Source: a virus
Virus record (IMG/VR): IMGVR_UViG_3300045988_182866
DNA length: 64,000 bases
Direction: 5' to 3' (one strand)
In this document: positions 1-8,558 of the stretch, in pieces
How positions within the stretch are numbered: the first letter of the stretch is position 1
Layout: each line of letters begins with the position of its first letter
The notes under the pieces: model-generated
What the model was told of the DNA's origin: nothing
Database searches by the model: none
What the model saw: the letters and a program-made list of their open reading frames with translations, nothing else
Translations under genes and position numbers: made by a program

Positions 1-65
1 ACAAAAATTTCATTTTCATTTAAGGCATCTTCTAAAGCTTTGATGATATTTTCATTATTAAACAT
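1..65 (-). CDS. Possible 5' end of a minus-strand gene running off the window edge (MFNNENIIKALEDALNENEIF...)
   Basis: ATG at 65-63 on the minus strand, open to position 1. Too short to judge. Confidence 0.25.
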   Translation of the reverse strand, partial: MFNNENIIKALEDALNENEIF

Positions 66-119
66 ATACAATTAATTAAAGCCCTGGAACTGATTTAATT
101 CCTTTAAATATTAAACATA

Positions 120-1682
120 ATGATGAAAAGCTCTAATATTGGAGGCATAGCTGAAGAAATTTTCGCTGAAAGTTATGGTACAGTTGGTAATTTAGTACCT
201 GAAGAACCAATTACTAAGAAAATTCCTTGTCCTGAAAAGACTAAAAATAAAGTAAAAATTCCGCCTCGTTTCAAAGGTTCTCCTTTCGATTCTTCTGTTG
301 AAAAGGATTACTATAAAAATGAAACAAATTGTTTTGATGAAGACGAAGAGGACTTTGAAACAGATGATCAGGAAATTCAAGATGTTATTCTTCAGCAATA
401 TGAAGGTATTGGTCCTAGGACTAATGGAATGGCATTATCTGATATTCTCGGTTATTTCTCTGTTTCCGATGGAGTTTATCCTAAGAACGAAGTCATGCGA
501 GTTCTTCAAGATATGATTAATAAGAATATTCTTGAAATTGATCCTATCACCAAAAAGATCTTTAAATCTTTAGAAGAAGATGAAGAGGATGAATTTATTA
601 CTCCTGAAGAAATTACCGATGAAGAAAAAGGAAATGATTTAATTGATTCTGTTATTGACTATTTTGAACAATCTACTTCCGGTTCTGTAGGAGGTATTAA
701 CCTTTCTCAAATCTTAAAGGACGTAACCTCTAATACCGGAGCTTCCCGAGCTGAAGTAGTTCAGGCTATCAAAGACCTGCTTCAAAGTAATATTCTTAAA
801 AAGGGTGTTACTGAGGGTACTATCATTTTAAATTCTACTTCCAAAACAGATGAAGTAGAAGAAGATGCAGAAGGACCTATTCCAGTTATTAATCAAGAAA
901 CCCCCGAAACACTTCGAGCTAAAGGCTGGACGGAAACAGCACCTGGTATTTTTGTTGGTCCTGACGGCGTTCAAAAATATGCTTTAACTGGAGAATCATA
1001 TAACACTAAGCTAAATAAACATATGAGTAATTTTAACGATGATAATTTCAGCAAGTTATGCGAAGAATTTGAAAAAGAATTCGATAAGGTGGATGTGAGT
1101 CTTGACGATTCTACTGAAGGTCTTGATGAATTTGCTGATGAAACTGAAGTATCTGATGAAGAAGGCGAAACTATGACCATGGAAATTCCTCGTCACCTGG
1201 TTGATGCTATTACAGAACTTGCAGCTATTTTTAGTGATTCTGAAGATGAACCTGTCGATGATCTTGCTACTGATGAAGAAGCTACAATTGACCTTATGGA
1301 TGGAGACGGCGATGAAGCCGAAGTTTCTGTTGAAGAAACTGATGAAGATGAAGAAGGTTGCGAAGATGATGAAGAATTCAACTTTGACGAAGACGAAGAA
1401 ACCATTGCTGATACGGCTGGTTCTATCTTTGATGCTTCTTTTGGACCTAATGAAGGCGGAGCTTCTGTAACCAAGGCTTCTACTACTCTTCCGGAAAAAC
1501 GCCGTAAGCCGATTGAAGGAGCTTATAAGCCCAATGCCGGCGGACAAGCTTATGATGCTTCTACCCGCAATGGCGGTGCTTCTGTGACTAAGGCTACTCC
1601 TGCTTTTGATAAGTCTGGAAAGCCAGTTGCTTCTAAGGTAAGTCAGAAAGCCAAATCTAAGAATTCTATTTTTGATTTGTAA
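120..1682 (+). CDS. Highly acidic hypothetical protein (520 aa) with internal repeats and a basic C-terminal tail
   Basis: Long ORF in AT-rich DNA with Asp/Glu-rich tracts. It has two ~40-aa related segments (LSDILGYFSVSDG...NILEI and LSQILKDVTSNTG...NILKK) and two GGASVTKA repeats, and ends in a Lys-rich tail. Confidence 0.6.
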   Translation: MMKSSNIGGIAEEIFAESYGTVGNLVPEEPITKKIPCPEKTKNKVKIPPRFKGSPFDSSVEKDYYKNETNCFDEDEEDFETDDQEIQDVILQQYEGIGPRTNGMALSDILGYFSVSDGVYPKNEVMRVLQDMINKNILEIDPITKKIFKSLEEDEEDEFITPEEITDEEKGNDLIDSVIDYFEQSTSGSVGGINLSQILKDVTSNTGASRAEVVQAIKDLLQSNILKKGVTEGTIILNSTSKTDEVEEDAEGPIPVINQETPETLRAKGWTETAPGIFVGPDGVQKYALTGESYNTKLNKHMSNFNDDNFSKLCEEFEKEFDKVDVSLDDSTEGLDEFADETEVSDEEGETMTMEIPRHLVDAITELAAIFSDSEDEPVDDLATDEEATIDLMDGDGDEAEVSVEETDEDEEGCEDDEEFNFDEDEETIADTAGSIFDASFGPNEGGASVTKASTTLPEKRRKPIEGAYKPNAGGQAYDASTRNGGASVTKATPAFDKSGKPVASKVSQKAKSKNSIFDL

Positions 1683-1697
1683 TTTAAAAATAAAATT

Positions 1698-1735
1698 AAA
1701 AAGGGAGTAAGGATGTTTATCCTTACTCCCTTTTT
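1698..1735. terminator. Bidirectional intrinsic terminator hairpin (GGGAGTAAGGA / TCCTTACTCCC) between convergent genes
   Basis: 11-bp GC-containing stem with loop tgttta, flanked by an A-run on the left and a T-run on the right. Confidence 0.6.
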
Positions 1736-1741
1736 AATAAT

Positions 1742-1784
1742 TTGATTGCATAAACATGCACTTTTTATATGTTTATGCAATCAA
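1742..1784. promoter_or_regulatory. Perfect 16-bp inverted repeat TTGATTGCATAAACAT-N11-ATGTTTATGCAATCAA (hairpin or protein-binding palindrome) just downstream of the methyltransferase gene
   Basis: Read directly from the sequence. The arms are exact reverse complements and are followed by a T-rich tract on the + strand. Confidence 0.4.
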
Positions 1785-1793
1785 ATTATTTTA

Positions 1794-2402
1794 TTAATTA
1801 ATCCATCTAATTATTGGTTCATTTTTTATCTCCTTTTGCCACACATACATACAATAAGCAGCCGCACCACTATTTTTAAAATTATCGGTTCCTTTACCGC
1901 AACCTTGCCTGTTTACATATACATATACATATTTTGGTGGATATTTTTTAAAAAAATTATAACGTTTGGCTGATTCAAGAAAGGTGAGTTTCATAAACAT
2001 AATGACTAAACCATTATTTTTAACAGTTTTTATTGCTTTTTCTGTAATTTCAACTGCATATCTGTAAGGAGGATTTGTAAAAATACAATCAAATTGATTA
2101 TCCCATTTATTAGTTTTTAAAAAATCAATACCAGTTTCTTCCCCATATCCTCTGTCAATTAAATCAGAAGAATAAACTGAATATCCATTTTCTTTTAATA
2201 TTTTGGATATCGAACCTATACCACAGCATGGTTCTAAAATATTATTAGGAATTATTAAATTAGTATTTTTAGCTGCTTTTAAAAATAATTTTATTGATTC
2301 AGGATGAGTACAATAAAAATCATATTCTTCTACTTCAATCTCCTTTTTTCGATGATTTACTGAATAAAATCCTGAATTTCCGCCTGTCCAATCTTTAATC
2401 AT
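1794..2402 (-). CDS. Orphan DNA N6-adenine methyltransferase (small phage-type, motif I then motif IV)
   Basis: EPCCGIGSI (FxGxG-like AdoMet motif I) is followed ~45 aa later by the catalytic motif IV in FTNPPYRY. No restriction endonuclease partner is adjacent. Confidence 0.8.
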   Translation of the reverse strand: MIKDWTGGNSGFYSVNHRKKEIEVEEYDFYCTHPESIKLFLKAAKNTNLIIPNNILEPCCGIGSISKILKENGYSVYSSDLIDRGYGEETGIDFLKTNKWDNQFDCIFTNPPYRYAVEITEKAIKTVKNNGLVIMFMKLTFLESAKRYNFFKKYPPKYVYVYVNRQGCGKGTDNFKNSGAAAYCMYVWQKEIKNEPIIRWIN

Positions 2403-2424
2403 AAATGTATTTTAAATAATTTTT

Positions 2425-2907
2425 ATGAAATTATATGAAGTAAAAAAATTATCTTTAAAAGTATTAAAAGAATATGCTTCTAATGATGCTATTTTTACTT
2501 CTATTTCTGGTAAAAAAGGAATAAAAGGTTCTGGGAAAAAAGCCGATAATATTGCTTTAGGAACTACTCGGGCATATCAAGATAATACATATCTTACAAA
2601 ATATGAAAAACAATTGCCCCATTTATCTAAACTTACCCAACAATTAAAAATTGGAGAAAATTCTGGAGCGCTGGAAGTGATAGGGCCGGCATTGGAAGAA
2701 CTTCTTGTTCTGATTAAAGCTACAAAGCCGCTAACTTCTTATAAAGGCTTAGGATGGAAATTACCTCTTGGTGACAATATCTATTTGACTCAATCTGGTA
2801 AACAATACTTTATAAAGTATAATGGGCCTAAAGAAAAAGATCCTAATAAAAATGATTTAACCTCTACTGAACATCATGACAAAGCCATACTGTCCTCTCC
2901 TGCCTAA
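2425..2907 (+). CDS. Hypothetical protein (160 aa)
   Basis: ORF divergent from the methyltransferase gene. No recognisable motif. Confidence 0.45.
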   Translation: MKLYEVKKLSLKVLKEYASNDAIFTSISGKKGIKGSGKKADNIALGTTRAYQDNTYLTKYEKQLPHLSKLTQQLKIGENSGALEVIGPALEELLVLIKATKPLTSYKGLGWKLPLGDNIYLTQSGKQYFIKYNGPKEKDPNKNDLTSTEHHDKAILSSPA

Positions 2908-3697
2908 AGATTTACCGGAAGGTTCTTTGGATGAATCATTACCTTGGATGGATGTATCTGATGCTTGTAATGATTATAATAATTTAGAAAATTTAGGCGG
3001 CCAGCAAGTAGTTGTTGATTCTGCCTGGAAGGATCTTATTAATTCTGCGGGAATGCCGATTTATTATTTTGTTTATAAATTTAATATAAAGCGTTCTGAT
3101 AAAATTTGGGGTGAAGATATTCTTGCAGAATATGAAGAACCGTTTCAAATTAAAGCATATGTAGAAGTAAAAGATGTTCCTAAAATTTTAGGACCAATGG
3201 GCGGCTTCTTCGCTGATGATACGATTACGGCTTATATTCATATTAAAACCTTTAATCGAAAGACTAAAGGAATGAAAGTTTTTGAAGATTTAAAACTTAG
3301 ATATGAGCCTAAACCCTCTGATTTGATTCAAATTATTGAATTCGGATGTGACAGGCCTGGAGGAAGAGGGGCTAAACTATTTGAGGTTACAAATAAAGAA
3401 GACGAGTTAATCTCTCAAAATTTGAATATGGGATTTGCCCATTATGTCTGGAAAATAACTGCGAAAAGATTTCAGTATAGTTATCAGGATGGCGCAATTA
3501 CTCCTTTCGGAGAAGAAAAGAATTGTCAAGTTTACGATAATCGCGTAGCGGGAATAATTGATACTCCAGAAGAAGTCAGAGATATGAATGCTCCTTCTGA
3601 TAAGTCTTATGAATGGAATATTGATAAAAAATCCAAAGAAGAAATCTTTAATCAGAATGTAAATGACCAAACGGACATTTATGGTGGATATTATTAA
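2876..3697 (+). CDS. Hypothetical protein (273 aa)
   Basis: ORF overlapping the upstream gene by 32 nt in another frame. No recognisable motif. Confidence 0.5.
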   Translation: MTKPYCPLLPKDLPEGSLDESLPWMDVSDACNDYNNLENLGGQQVVVDSAWKDLINSAGMPIYYFVYKFNIKRSDKIWGEDILAEYEEPFQIKAYVEVKDVPKILGPMGGFFADDTITAYIHIKTFNRKTKGMKVFEDLKLRYEPKPSDLIQIIEFGCDRPGGRGAKLFEVTNKEDELISQNLNMGFAHYVWKITAKRFQYSYQDGAITPFGEEKNCQVYDNRVAGIIDTPEEVRDMNAPSDKSYEWNIDKKSKEEIFNQNVNDQTDIYGGYY

Positions 3698-3701
3698 AAT
3701 T

Positions 3702-3737
3702 AAAAAAGCTGAATCATTAATTTGATTCAGCTTTTTT
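3702..3737. terminator. Bidirectional terminator hairpin of the AAAAAAGCTGAATCA-ttaatt-TGATTCAGCTTTTTT family
   Basis: 15-bp stem flanked by A6 and T6. It sits between convergent genes and overlaps the stop codon of the 3717..4814 gene. Confidence 0.6.
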
Positions 3738-4814
3738 AATCGCTTCTTGAATTAAAAGTTTTATTTGATCTTTATTTTTCTTCCATTTACTTTCCCAAAT
3801 TTCTATCAATGTAATTCCCCTTTCAATACATTGATTTCTTTTATTTTCATGATAACCCAGATTTCGATCTTCGTGTAATTTATGCCAGTAATCTCCATTA
3901 TATTCAAAGGCTAATTTTAATTCAGGGAGATAAATATCAAGCTCTAATTGATTATCAAGTTGATTTCTAGAATTTTTTATAATTTTTCTTGAATATATCG
4001 AATTAATATATTCAAAAAGTTCTTTTTCACCTTTAGATCTTTTCGAAGCTTTTACACATTTAATACAGCCACTTCCATTTAAATGAATATATGCTCTTTG
4101 TCGAAAGACACCATGCCTTGGACAAATAATATTCACATAATCACGAGCACTTTTATATTCAACTCTTGAATAATCATATTTGTCTCCATGAACTTCTTGA
4201 GCTCTTTTAATAAATTCTTCAGTTGTTAAAAATTGCTTTTCTCTTTTACATTCTGGACATTCATTGCCTTGTAAATGTGACCCTGCATGTTGTCGAAATA
4301 ATCCATGCTTAGGACATATTATTGTTATATGATTTTTTACGCCATTATAAATCACTTTAGAATAATCATAATAATTTCCATGCACTTTTTTAGCTTTTTC
4401 AATAAACTCTTCTCTTGATAAAAGATCTTTTATTTTAGCACAATAAGGACATCCACTTCCATTTAAATGGCTGCCAGCCATTTGTTCAAATTTATGCCCG
4501 CATTTATTACAAATAATCCAAATTTTTGATTTACAATTTACGTATATCGATATTGAATAATTATACTTATCACCATGAACTTTTCTTGCTTTTTCTATAA
4601 ATTTTTCTGTTGTTAACTGTGCCGTGGGAATACATTTAGGACATCCACATCCTCTTAAATGTTCTGATGCTTTTTGCCAAAAATATCCATTCTCAGGACA
4701 ACCAATTTCTATTTTTGCAAGACTACTTTTATATTCAACTCTTGAATAATCATATTTGTCACCATGTATTTCTTTAGCCCTTTGTATAAATTCTTCAGTT
4801 GTTAGCTTTTTCAT
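3717..4814 (-). CDS. Free-standing homing-endonuclease-like protein: 4 tandem ~55-aa zinc-ribbon repeats plus a C-terminal Vsr/DUF559-like PD-(D/E)xK nuclease domain
   Basis: Four repeats of F(I)xxAxxxHGDKYDYSxVxY...IICPxHGxFxQxAxxHLxGxGCPxC. The C-terminus LDIYLPELKLAFEYNGDYWH matches the Vsr-like motif PDIVFPKYRLAIFVDGCFWH. It is a paralog of 8559..9908. Confidence 0.65.
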   Translation of the reverse strand: MKKLTTEEFIQRAKEIHGDKYDYSRVEYKSSLAKIEIGCPENGYFWQKASEHLRGCGCPKCIPTAQLTTEKFIEKARKVHGDKYNYSISIYVNCKSKIWIICNKCGHKFEQMAGSHLNGSGCPYCAKIKDLLSREEFIEKAKKVHGNYYDYSKVIYNGVKNHITIICPKHGLFRQHAGSHLQGNECPECKREKQFLTTEEFIKRAQEVHGDKYDYSRVEYKSARDYVNIICPRHGVFRQRAYIHLNGSGCIKCVKASKRSKGEKELFEYINSIYSRKIIKNSRNQLDNQLELDIYLPELKLAFEYNGDYWHKLHEDRNLGYHENKRNQCIERGITLIEIWESKWKKNKDQIKLLIQEAIKKAESN

Positions 4815-4921
4815 AACTAAACTTTAATTTTATATAATAATTCTCAATTTTATTTGGTACTAAATTAATAGTAAGTGTATTAATGATTTTTATACAATCT
4901 ATACGCTAATAAATAATTACT

Positions 4922-5410
4922 ATGAAAAAGTTTAAAGTAAAAGAACTTAGATTTTCTAATTTACTCGTTGAAGATATAAATGTTCCCAAAAATCTTATTG
5001 TTCGAATTAAGAATATTCCTAGATCTAAAAAGGCTTTACTTGAAGAAGTTGCTAAGAAAATTAGCGAAAAATATGGAAAAGATGTTAAACACTTTATTCT
5101 TGAAGATTTAGAAATAGAAGGGCCAAAGAATTTTGCTAAAAATCCTACTATTACAAAGCGTCTTCAAAAACGTCGAAAAGTTTTGAAAAACTATATTGAT
5201 GAAATAGGTGAAGAAGATAGTCAATTAAGTTATGAAGTTACAAAAGCTATTATAAATGTTTTTGGTGAAAAATTTTTAGACAAATATAGTGTTAATATTC
5301 GCGATCAAATTGAAAAATTTAGTAAAAAAATTGCGGGTCTTAAAACACTTGCTGATAGGCCAAAAGATGATCCTTATAAAAAGCGGTTGGATAACTGGAG
5401 GATTGGTTAA
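4922..5410 (+). CDS. Hypothetical basic protein (162 aa)
   Basis: ORF followed by terminator hairpins. Confidence 0.5.
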   Translation: MKKFKVKELRFSNLLVEDINVPKNLIVRIKNIPRSKKALLEEVAKKISEKYGKDVKHFILEDLEIEGPKNFAKNPTITKRLQKRRKVLKNYIDEIGEEDSQLSYEVTKAIINVFGEKFLDKYSVNIRDQIEKFSKKIAGLKTLADRPKDDPYKKRLDNWRIG

Positions 5411-5420
5411 CCTTTAAAAG

Positions 5421-5454
5421 AAAAAGCTAAGTCATTGATCTGACTTAGCTTTTT
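5421..5454. terminator. Terminator hairpin AAAAAGCTAAGTCA-ttgatc-TGACTTAGCTTTTT (variant of the recurring family with a compensatory stem change)
   Basis: Read from the sequence. Lies downstream of 4922..5410. Confidence 0.55.
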
Positions 5455-5492
5455 CTTTAAATTCTTCTAATGTTAATTTTCTCATATAAATT

Positions 5493-5527
5493 TTAAGGGT
5501 TTCCATAGAAAATATGGAAACCCTTAA
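5493..5527. terminator. Perfect 15-bp-arm palindrome TTAAGGGTTTCCATA-gaaaa-TATGGAAACCCTTAA, likely terminator of the tail sheath gene
   Basis: Read from the sequence. Lies between convergent gene ends. Confidence 0.5.
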
Positions 5528-5555
5528 AATTATTCGGTGTTAATTTAGTGCAGTA

Positions 5556-8402
5556 TTAAGCGCTAAATTCTGTTGAAATCACGCCAGATCTAGAAGCGGT
5601 CAAGTCAATGAGAATGCGTTCTGCACTACGCGTTGGAGCTGCATATGTTGAGATACGCATTACACCGGCATCGATCTCAGTTTCCGTATTATTCCTTTCA
5701 TCGCAAACAAGAACATAAGAATAGATTGCTCGTTGTTCTTGTAGTGCATCAAATGCTGGAGTTAACACATTTGTTACATTCAAACGGGTGTACAAGGTAT
5801 TACCTTCAAACAGCCATTGCTTGGCTGTATCACGCAACAGTTTAAGAATGTAAAGCATTGTTCTTCGGGCAGAAATTTGATCTAACGCTGAGTCGCGCTT
5901 TATCATAGTTCTAATTCCGTACAACATTGTTCCAGAAGAAGGAGATACGATAATCGGATTAAGAGAAATACGATATAAATCATCTCGTTGCTTTTGCTGA
6001 GTAGAGAAGGAAATATCAAGCACAGAACTTAATACACCATTATTCATGCCAGCGGCAGCTTGCCATGGACCATATAAGGCATCCGTAGCAGCAATCTTTT
6101 GAGCGACAAATCCAGAAGCAGGAGCCCAGAATTGAGTACTGTTTACAGGATCTTGTACCTTTAAGAAATACGGATAAACAGCCATATAAGAGGAAGCTAA
6201 TCCATCATATAAATGCCTGTTAGGCCAGTAGATTGAAGTCGAGAAAGAATGCTTAACATTATCCAGAGCAGTATAAGCTGCATTGACTAAGGGCATTCCA
6301 AATTGTTTTTCAATCTTGTTATCCTTGCCTTCGACGGAAATTTGACGAATTGTATCACCAATGAAGAATACATCGCCTCGTCCGCCTTCTTGCTGAGCAG
6401 AAGCTAATTTTAAGAAAGCCGATTGAATAGCTCGATGATTAGCGATCACTTGTTCAGCCGCGGAAGATAAGGTAGACTTACCAGTACGCATATCCGTTAC
6501 ACCTTGAATAACTTTGGTATCATCGAATAATGCAGCTTCTGGATCATATCCATTCGGATATTGCTCCTTAACTTTATCTTGTTCAGTTGTTTGGCCATCT
6601 CCACGATCGGTATCAGCCTTAATTGCAGCCTGGAGCTTTTCTTTATAGCTTCGATAAGCTGCATCCATAGCTCCAACATAGATAGTTCCCATGCCGCCTT
6701 CTAACAAAAGGTCAACGTCATAGAGTTCTTCATTTTCAACTAATTCAAGAGCAGCCTCGATTTTCTTGGGAAGATTACCAATGATTTTAGAAGCATTATT
6801 GGAACGGGCATATAAACCTAACGGATACATGGAATCACCCATTTCAAAGGTCGGATAATCAGTTGGAATACTTTGAAGAACAGCCTTTGAAATACCGGCC
6901 GGAGAAGCCATGATGTCTTCGATGGAACCCGCCATTTCATCATCAGTCAATGCAATGTCAAGCAATTGCTGGGCATAAATACGAACCTTAATCTTCGGAG
7001 AACCGTCAACATATAGTCCGCGAGAATTTAACGCTCCTGAGAAGTTCGGATTAACAAACATGCGAACTAAAGTATCATTAGCCGTTGTATTCTCAATAAA
7101 GAAGTTAACTGCAGATGTAGTATACTTGGAAGTAGTCTGTCGTCCATATTCTAAGGAAGCATTATATCCTTGAGTAATCAGGGCAGAAAGTTTAAGAGCA
7201 TCTCCAGAATTAGTAGCCTGGCGAACCTTAAAGACGCCTACATTTAATGTATCATTCCATTGAGCTCCGGAAATATCAAAATCAGTGATGGATTCTTCCA
7301 TAACCTGAGAGATACATCCTTTCAACGGAGAAGAAAGCTTAAAGTCAAGGCGTTCATTAGGAACAGTCGTATACTGAAGACCCGTAAGACCTTCTTCAAT
7401 AGAAGCAGGAAGCTGAGTTACAGTCTTAAGCTTGCGCACGGCCGCATAAGAAGTACCAGGATCAGAGAAAGCATTATCGGATAACGCAAGATAAAAACCT
7501 TCAAAAAGATCATTTGTTACCGTCTTGCCAAAGTTAAGAGCTAAGAAAGCAAACTGCCCCAAATCGGCAAGCTGAGTAGAAATAGTTTGAGGAATTGCAT
7601 CGGACCAGTTAAATTCTCCAGAACCATCCAAAGCTTGTCCATTTAAAAATCGATAATACTGTTCAATAGAAATATTAAACTGAACAGGTTCACCGATTAA
7701 AAATGTAGCGGAATCTTCATATTCACCTTTGATACCGGCGGAACCATCTGAATAATTCGTAATAGGCTTAAAGGAATTATTAGCAGATTGAACATAATAA
7801 GTTGCAAAGACAGCATTCTGAGTTGGAACATCTGTTACCTCAGTATATTCAGATCCATTCTTAGTATAGATCGTAACCTTATTGGTGAAATTAGTTAACG
7901 GAGTTCCGGCCTGGTCCATATAATATTGAACCTGCACTTTAGCAGCAATATCAGGAGAAACAGGAGTATAAGAAGTAGAACGGGTTACCTTGGTATAAAG
8001 CTGAACAGATGTATCAATACGTTGTTCAGGGGTAGCTTCATTATAAACTTCTTCAGAATCAATAGCATATCCAAGAGCCGGATAAGCAAGAATAGAAACG
8101 GAAGCAGATTTAGTATCTCCTAAGTCTACACCATAAGGAAGTCGGGAAACACTTACATAAGCAGCAGAATTTAATGCTGCGTCTACTGTTGCATAAGAAT
8201 AGCGCTCAGAACTTGTAACAGGTTCTCCGAATATTTCAACATATTCACTGATTGTCGAAACAGAAGTAACTTCAGAAGTAGGTCCTTGTTGGCTGAAAAT
8301 TGGTATAAAGACCGACGTTCCGGCAGACTGCGCCGCTCGTGTCGATTGGTCGCGTTCCAAAATTTCGACGCCCGGGCTGATAATTGTGGGTGTAATTGCC
8401 AT
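5556..8402 (-). CDS. Tail sheath protein (948 aa, T4 gp18-like)
   Basis: The N-terminus MAITPTIISPGVEILERDQS resembles the gp18 N-terminus (SPGIELKE...). The C-terminal region GIRTMIKRDSALDQISARRTMLYILKLLRD...LFEGN resembles the conserved sheath C-terminal domain (GRTL...VRRLVNYIEKSI). Confidence 0.8.
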   Translation of the reverse strand: MAITPTIISPGVEILERDQSTRAAQSAGTSVFIPIFSQQGPTSEVTSVSTISEYVEIFGEPVTSSERYSYATVDAALNSAAYVSVSRLPYGVDLGDTKSASVSILAYPALGYAIDSEEVYNEATPEQRIDTSVQLYTKVTRSTSYTPVSPDIAAKVQVQYYMDQAGTPLTNFTNKVTIYTKNGSEYTEVTDVPTQNAVFATYYVQSANNSFKPITNYSDGSAGIKGEYEDSATFLIGEPVQFNISIEQYYRFLNGQALDGSGEFNWSDAIPQTISTQLADLGQFAFLALNFGKTVTNDLFEGFYLALSDNAFSDPGTSYAAVRKLKTVTQLPASIEEGLTGLQYTTVPNERLDFKLSSPLKGCISQVMEESITDFDISGAQWNDTLNVGVFKVRQATNSGDALKLSALITQGYNASLEYGRQTTSKYTTSAVNFFIENTTANDTLVRMFVNPNFSGALNSRGLYVDGSPKIKVRIYAQQLLDIALTDDEMAGSIEDIMASPAGISKAVLQSIPTDYPTFEMGDSMYPLGLYARSNNASKIIGNLPKKIEAALELVENEELYDVDLLLEGGMGTIYVGAMDAAYRSYKEKLQAAIKADTDRGDGQTTEQDKVKEQYPNGYDPEAALFDDTKVIQGVTDMRTGKSTLSSAAEQVIANHRAIQSAFLKLASAQQEGGRGDVFFIGDTIRQISVEGKDNKIEKQFGMPLVNAAYTALDNVKHSFSTSIYWPNRHLYDGLASSYMAVYPYFLKVQDPVNSTQFWAPASGFVAQKIAATDALYGPWQAAAGMNNGVLSSVLDISFSTQQKQRDDLYRISLNPIIVSPSSGTMLYGIRTMIKRDSALDQISARRTMLYILKLLRDTAKQWLFEGNTLYTRLNVTNVLTPAFDALQEQRAIYSYVLVCDERNNTETEIDAGVMRISTYAAPTRSAERILIDLTASRSGVISTEFSA

Positions 8403-8517
8403 AATATATTTTTAAGTTAAATTATTAAATCTTAGAAAGTTTAACAAAAGATATTTACATTTATAACGGCTAGTTCAGGTTCTATTTTACTTCTTGGATA
8501 AATAAACACTCTTCAAT

Positions 8518-8546
8518 TTAGCACCAAAATAAAATCAGGATAAAAT
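8518..8546. repeat. 29-bp direct repeat copy 1 (TTAGCACCAAAATAAAATCAGGATAAAAT), 12 bp upstream of the HE-like gene start
   Basis: Exact match to 9883-9911. Confidence 0.8.
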
Positions 8547-8558
8547 AATATCCAATTT

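Noticed and set aside
192-1547. Antisense or nested small ORFs (192..398, 298..516, 971..1180, 1056..1547, 1193..1474, 1201..1470 and similar 60-165-aa ORFs inside larger genes throughout the window)
   Set aside because: They lie wholly inside longer ORFs on the other strand or frame and have low-complexity, Ser/Phe/Ile-rich or Lys-rich translations. They are typical shadows in AT-rich DNA, without independent signals.
1746-1973. 75-aa + strand ORF overlapping the methyltransferase 3' end and the palindrome
   Set aside because: It overlaps hairpin and terminator sequence and the antisense of the methyltransferase gene, and gives a hydrophobic low-complexity translation. It is not considered a real gene.
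5556-8402. The 948-aa ORF as major capsid protein
   Set aside because: The N-terminus (ISPGVEI..ERDQS) and C-terminus (GIRTM...RRTMLYILKLL...LFEGN) match conserved tail-sheath motifs, and an adjacent gp19-like tube gene is present. It is sheath, not capsid.
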